Assembly (NCBI GenBank): GCA_951406725.2
Contig: OX597815.1
Coordinates: 6,076,001 to 6,140,000, forward strand
Source of the DNA: Octopus vulgaris
Taxonomy: Eukaryota
Direction: 5' to 3'
DNA length: 64,000 nt
Notes under the pieces: model-generated
Databases searched by the model: none
Seen by the model: only the letters and a program-made list of their open reading frames with translations
Told to the model about the DNA's origin: nothing
Part shown: in pieces, positions 58,603-64,000 of the stretch
Position numbering within the stretch: position 1 is the stretch's first letter
How the letters are laid out: every line of letters starts with the position of its first letter
Program-made: the position numbers and the translations under genes

Positions 58603-58661
<59 letters not shown>

Positions 58662-58680
58662 GCATATATACATATATATA

Positions 58681-58827
58681 TCATCATCATCATCGTTTAA
58701 CGTCCGCTTTCCATGTTGGCATGGGTTGGACGGTTCAACTGGGGTCTGGGAAGCCAGAAGGCTGCACCAGGCCCAGTCTGATCTGGCAGTGTTTCTACAG
58801 ATGGATGCCCTTCCTAACACCAACCAC
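58681..58827 (-). mobile_element. SINE/LINE 3' tail fragment (family E) with (GAT)n tail
   Basis: Minus GTTGGTGTTAGGAAGGGCATCCATCTGTAGAAAC; homologous to ~61615-61750. Confidence 0.7.
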
Positions 58828-58869
<42 letters not shown>

Positions 58870-59929
58870 GGCTTACTGACACTTGTGGTGGTGGCACAGG
58901 AAAAACACGTGCCCCCACCTACTACCAGCCATAAGTTTTCCATTTGTCATAGAATAAGAGAGAGTGATATTGTAGGAGGAGGAAGAGGAGGAGATGTTGA
59001 TATGGTTTGTGTTTCTTTCAATTAATTTTAAATATAACAAAGAATTTAGTAAAATAACTTAGTTATCGTTAAGCTAGTGTTAGGGACATAAATTGTGACT
59101 AAGGTTTAATGGAAGATTTTAATTCAAAACTTATGAAAATAAGACATTTGAATTACAGAGCCAGAGGCAGTTTCACCTGGGTGGGTAATGAAAGGGTGAA
59201 GGTAAATGAAGAGGGAGGTGGTTAACGAGTAATTTATAATGACAGTTGTAATTAGACCACACACCAGAACCCTTTTTGAAAAACTTATAACAGGAAACAA
59301 ATGTAATTTGTTGGTGGCACAAAAATGAAATTAGTTTACAACTGCACCAGACATGTAGCTCCAAATATCTTTGATCTTTTACTTGCTTCAGTCATTAAAA
59401 TGCGGCCATGCTGGGGCAATGACTTAAAGAATTTTTAGTTGCTTGTGTCAAACCCAGTACTTATTTCTTTTTTCAAGCCTGGTACTTATACATATATATA
59501 TATATATATAACCAAAAATAAGCAACAAGAATGGATCCGGTAGTTTAGTACAATTGTTTCATACTATAACAATTTATTAAAAGCTGCAAATATTACAGCA
59601 GATATAATATGTCAAGTATTCTTCAGCTAATTTCATATAGGTTTTCCAATAATGTAAAGTTCTCAAATCAATTAGTAACATCCTAGAGAAGGTAAATATA
59701 CCGATAAGGCTGTAGATATGAATTTCAGGAACTTGAAGTAGGATGCCAAGCAAACCAAAATTAAGTTCATATAGGTTTTCCAACAATGTAAAGTTCTCAA
59801 AACAATTAGTAACATCCTAGAGAAATATATATATATATATACATAAGGATAAGATCGTTAATTTAAATTAAATATCGATCTTATCAAGTGGTCAGCATGG
59901 GAATAAAAACCTTCAAAGGTAATAATTAT

Positions 59930-60104
59930 TATTAAAATTATAACTTAGAGTATCTACGAGATACCGCCATGCTGAAAATAGTAGCCAAAATCTGACTCTA
60001 AAACCTTGTGCTGTATGAACATTTAATGTGGTTTTAGAGTCAGATTTTGGCTGCTATATTCAGCATGGCAGTATCTCGTAGATACCCTAAGTTATGATTT
60101 TAAT
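59930..60104. repeat. Fold-back element (~75-bp arms) abutting (TA)n
   Basis: TAACTTAGAGTATCTACGAGATAC...CTCTAAAACC / GGTTTTAGAG...GTATCTCGTAGATACCCTAAGTTA. Confidence 0.85.
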
Positions 60105-60419
60105 ATATATATATATATACAGCATATATTTTTATGAGCTAATAGTTTCATGTGACAAAAATGGCTCAGACAGCATTTCATAACATGTCTGGTACCTTTT
60201 TGCAATCCTCGGGCTCTGCCCACATAGCATAATCAGTTAAAACATATACATATGTATATATATATAGCTCATTATGCTATGTATATATATATATTATTAT
60301 TACATATTTGGGATACTTTTTACATTGCATTAGGAAAGTGTAATATAGTTCTGATAACATAGAATACTTGTTATTCCCTAAGATTTAAAAAAATATATAT
60401 ATATATACATATATATATA

Positions 60420-60621
60420 CGTGACCTCGTGTGTACCGTTGGTGATTTTTTTTTCCTCTGTCTTCCCTTCTCTGGATCTTTCCTTTACCTATGTTTCCGA
60501 CGAAGAGCTCCGCTCGAAACGTTAAACTCTCCTTCTTTCCTTCTTTCCTGAGCGTCCAATAATACTATATTTGTTCCACGTCCTCGCGTTGTTGTGTTTT
60601 TTTGCGCTTTCTTGTTTGGAT

Positions 60622-60625
<4 letters not shown>
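60420..60625 (+). mobile_element. Penelope-like fragment in (TA)n with minimal hammerhead (60493-60527)
   Basis: GUUU-CCGACGA-A-GAGC(UCC)GCUC-GAAAC-GUU-AAAC; palindromic AACGUU stem III. Confidence 0.75.
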
Positions 60626-60682
<57 letters not shown>

Positions 60683-60859
60683 GGAAAGTTAGAAGTAAAA
60701 AAGTGAAAATGCACATTGAATATCAAAAAAATAAAGGCTTTTTAATGAAAAGTAGCGATAAATAGATACAATTAGATGAACTGAGGTAGAATTAAGAGGA
60801 ATTAAATTCATTATTTTGAATTGATAAAGAGATTCAAACCGGTTTCGTCATTGCTGTTC

Positions 60860-61117
60860 ACTAGGTTTTAATTCCCAGGCCAGGCATTGGTGAGTGTTTA
60901 TTGAGCGAAAAAGACCTAAAAGCTCCACGAGGCTCCGGCAGGGGATGGTGGTGATCCCTGCTGTACTCTTTCGCCACAACTTTCTCTCACTCTTTCTTCT
61001 GTTGGCCTGCTCACTTAGCCAGCGGGGTGGCGTCATTTGAAGGCTAAAACAATGTGAAGCGCATTGTGACCGGCGATGTGTAACAACATCTGATCACCTG
61101 GTCGGTCACGTGATCAT

Positions 61118-61122
<5 letters not shown>
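60860..61122 (+). mobile_element. SINE family C body with an alternative 3' tail
   Basis: Matches family C through CTTTCTCTCACTCTT, then unrelated tail ending GGTCACGTGATCATGTGA. Confidence 0.8.
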
Positions 61123-61178
<56 letters not shown>

Positions 61179-61539
61179 TTAGAACAAACAGTAAATTGTC
61201 ATTATAGTACTCGGAAGTCTCATTCTTTACCTGTCACTTTTTATTATTATTATATGTATATATATATATTTTTTTTGTCCTCCACCTCTACCCCGCTGTA
61301 CCTGCTGTATATATTGACCCCTTGCTATACCCCTGCTGTACCATGCTGTACACATACCCACCACCATCTCTCTCCATCTCTATCATTCTCTCCCTCCTAT
61401 TCCAACTGGTCCATCCTTGTATCCCTTCTCCAGCAAGACCCCCTATTTCTATCCCTCTATTATTCTTTCAATCTCTCATCAACTGGCACAAAGCCACATC
61501 CCCTAAAACCCCATTTTCCATACTCCCTGCCGAAGGGTC

Positions 61540-61832
61540 TTTGACTTGCAAGTAACTTTGTGATTCTGTCAGTGCTGGTGCCCTGCAGAAGGCACCCAGT
61601 GCACTTTGTTAAGGGGTTGGCATTAAGGGGGGCATCCAGCTGTAGAAACCTTACCGAAGCAGACAGTTGGCCTGGTGCAGTTCCCTGGTTTGCCAGAACT
61701 TGTAAAACCATCCAACCCATGATGCCAACGCATAAAACAGATGTTAGACGATGATGACGATGATGATGATGATGATGATAATGATGGTGATGGTGATGGT
61801 GATGATGATGATGATGATGATGATAATGATGG

Positions 61833-61870
<38 letters not shown>

Positions 61871-61906
61871 GTGATGGTGATGATGATGGTGATGGTGATG
61901 ATGATG

Positions 61907-61938
<32 letters not shown>

Positions 61939-62003
61939 GATGACGACGATGGTGATGATGATGATTATGATGATGATGATGATGATGATGATGACGACGA
62001 TGG

Positions 62004-62049
<46 letters not shown>

Positions 62050-62165
62050 GGTGATGACGATGATGGTGATGATGACGATGATGATGATGACGATGATGAT
62101 GACGATGATGATTATGACAATGACGACGACGATGATGATAATGATGATGATGATGATGATGTTGA
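61540..62165 (+). mobile_element. Family E SINE 3' part with greatly expanded (GAT)n tail
   Basis: GGCATCCAGCTGTAGAAACC...CCAACCCATG...GTTAGACGATGATG, then ~410 bp of (GAT)n. Confidence 0.7.
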
Positions 62166-62175
62166 TATATAGATG

Positions 62176-62218
<43 letters not shown>

Positions 62219-62313
62219 TCTGAATAAAGCTTTGAAAGACAGATAATGCTAAATTAATGCATGTTAACGAGGAAATAATTGTAATACTTGAGACGGCCCT
62301 ATTATATTTACAC

Positions 62314-62388
62314 GTGTGTGTGTGTATGTGTGTTAGTGTGTTAGTGTGTTAGTGTGTGTGTGTGTGTATGTATGTGTGTATGTGTTAG

Positions 62389-62419
<31 letters not shown>

Positions 62420-62424
62420 GTTAG

Positions 62425-62455
<31 letters not shown>

Positions 62456-62568
62456 GTTAGTGTGTGTGTGTTTGTGTGTGTTTGTGTGTGTGTGTGTGTA
62501 TGTATGTGTTAGTGTGTGTGTGTTTGTGTGTGTTTGTGTGTGTGTGTGTGTGTGTATGTATGTGTTAG

Positions 62569-62599
<31 letters not shown>

Positions 62600-62630
62600 G
62601 TTAGTGTGTGTGTGTGTGTGTATGTATGTG

Positions 62631-62669
<39 letters not shown>

Positions 62670-62670
62670 G

Positions 62671-62767
<97 letters not shown>
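62314..62767. repeat. (TG)n with recurrent TATGTATGTGTTAG interruptions
   Basis: Direct reading. Confidence 0.9.
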
Positions 62768-62768
<1 letters not shown>

Positions 62769-63440
62769 GCTCAAACTAGTTTTTTTCTCAAATTCCACCG
62801 TTCCATTCTGTGTTGTTTCGGTGAAGAAAGTCTCTAACAAAAATACACAAAAGTAAGTTGTTCAGTCTATTCTTTGAAAGCAACGAGGCGGCGGCAGGTT
62901 TGGTTAGAAGAATCCTTCGATGTCTGCTCGGTTATTCACACCAGAACATATGGTTACGCTTAGAGCCATTAAACTGAACACAGTTTTTTTGCTTATCACA
63001 ATCTTGATAAACACTGGCATGGTCTACTTATTGGCCATGCAATAATTAGCAAACAGGGAGGGAACCTTTAGCTGCTTTCAGGTTACTAGATATGCTAGAA
63101 ACAACAGTCAAATCTCCCTCGAACTTACTGTCTTAGAAAATGGACACTGATCAGTGTGGCCTTGTATATATCGTCATCATCATCATTCAATGTCCACTTT
63201 TCAATGCTGGCATTAATTAGGTCAGTGGTTCCCAACGTTTTTATTTAAATGAGTTGGTCTCCTTGGCAACGCTTACGACGTGTGTTTTCCCTCCCCTCCC
63301 CTTCCCCACAGCTTCACGAGGGAGGGAAAGAAGGGGAGGAGCAGCACAGGTGCAGGTGCGAGCATGGACGCCGACACACGAAAAATTGGAAGAACCCAGA
63401 CGACAGCTTCACAGTCAAACGACTACTACGGACAACTCTG

Positions 63441-64000
63441 CCACCACCACCACCACCACCACCACCACCACCACTACCACCATGACCACCACCACCATCA
63501 CCACCGCTACCACCACCACCATCATCACCACCACCTCCACCACCACCACCACCACCACCACCACCACCACCTCCACCACCACCACCACCTCCACCACCAC
63601 CACCATCACCTCCACCACCACCACCACCACCACCACCACCACCACCACCACCACCACCACCACCACCATCACCATCACCACCACCACCACCACCACCACC
63701 ACCATCACCACCATCATCACCACCACCACCACCACCATCACCACCACCACCAACTCCACCACCACCATCACCACCACCAACTCCACCAACTCCACCACCA
63801 CTACCATCACCACCACCACCACCACCATCATCACCACCACCACCACCACCACCACCACCACCACCACCACCACCACCACCATCACCACCACCTCCACCAC
63901 CATCACCACACCACCACCACCATCACCACCACCTCCACCACCTCCACCACCACCACAACCATCACCACCACCACCACCATCACCACCACCACCACCACCA
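63441..64000. repeat. (CCA)n array running off the window
   Basis: Direct reading. Confidence 0.95.

Larger units (their letters stand above)
57211..58604 (+). mobile_element. Penelope-like non-coding element in (TA)n with 436-bp inverted repeat (57211-57646 / 57999-58434)
   Basis: Arms appear identical by eye; each holds a hammerhead; ~170-bp 3' extension; (TA)n on both flanks. Confidence 0.85.

Overview
AT-rich, extremely microsatellite-dense eukaryotic DNA; the SINE repertoire strongly suggests an octopod cephalopod (inferred, not searched). Almost all ORF-track entries are simple-repeat artefacts. Recognisable content: several tRNA-derived SINE families, LINE fragments (L1/Tx1 within (GATA)n, CR1, RTE, R4/Dong-like), mariner and hAT MITEs, non-autonomous Helitrons and a probable gypsy LTR. 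The most striking signal is a set of non-coding, often fold-back elements, mostly embedded in (TA)n tracts, that carry type I hammerhead ribozyme motifs (Penelope-like pLTR/retrozyme-type). They include an apparently perfect 436-bp inverted repeat with a long-stem-II hammerhead in each arm, and short palindromes whose inversion point lies at the 5' edge of the ribozyme. One candidate host gene was found: a two-exon, 49-aa minus-strand microORF with good splice sites, good Kozak context and nearby CCAAT boxes. All coordinates were read by eye; ends of degraded repeats are approximate.
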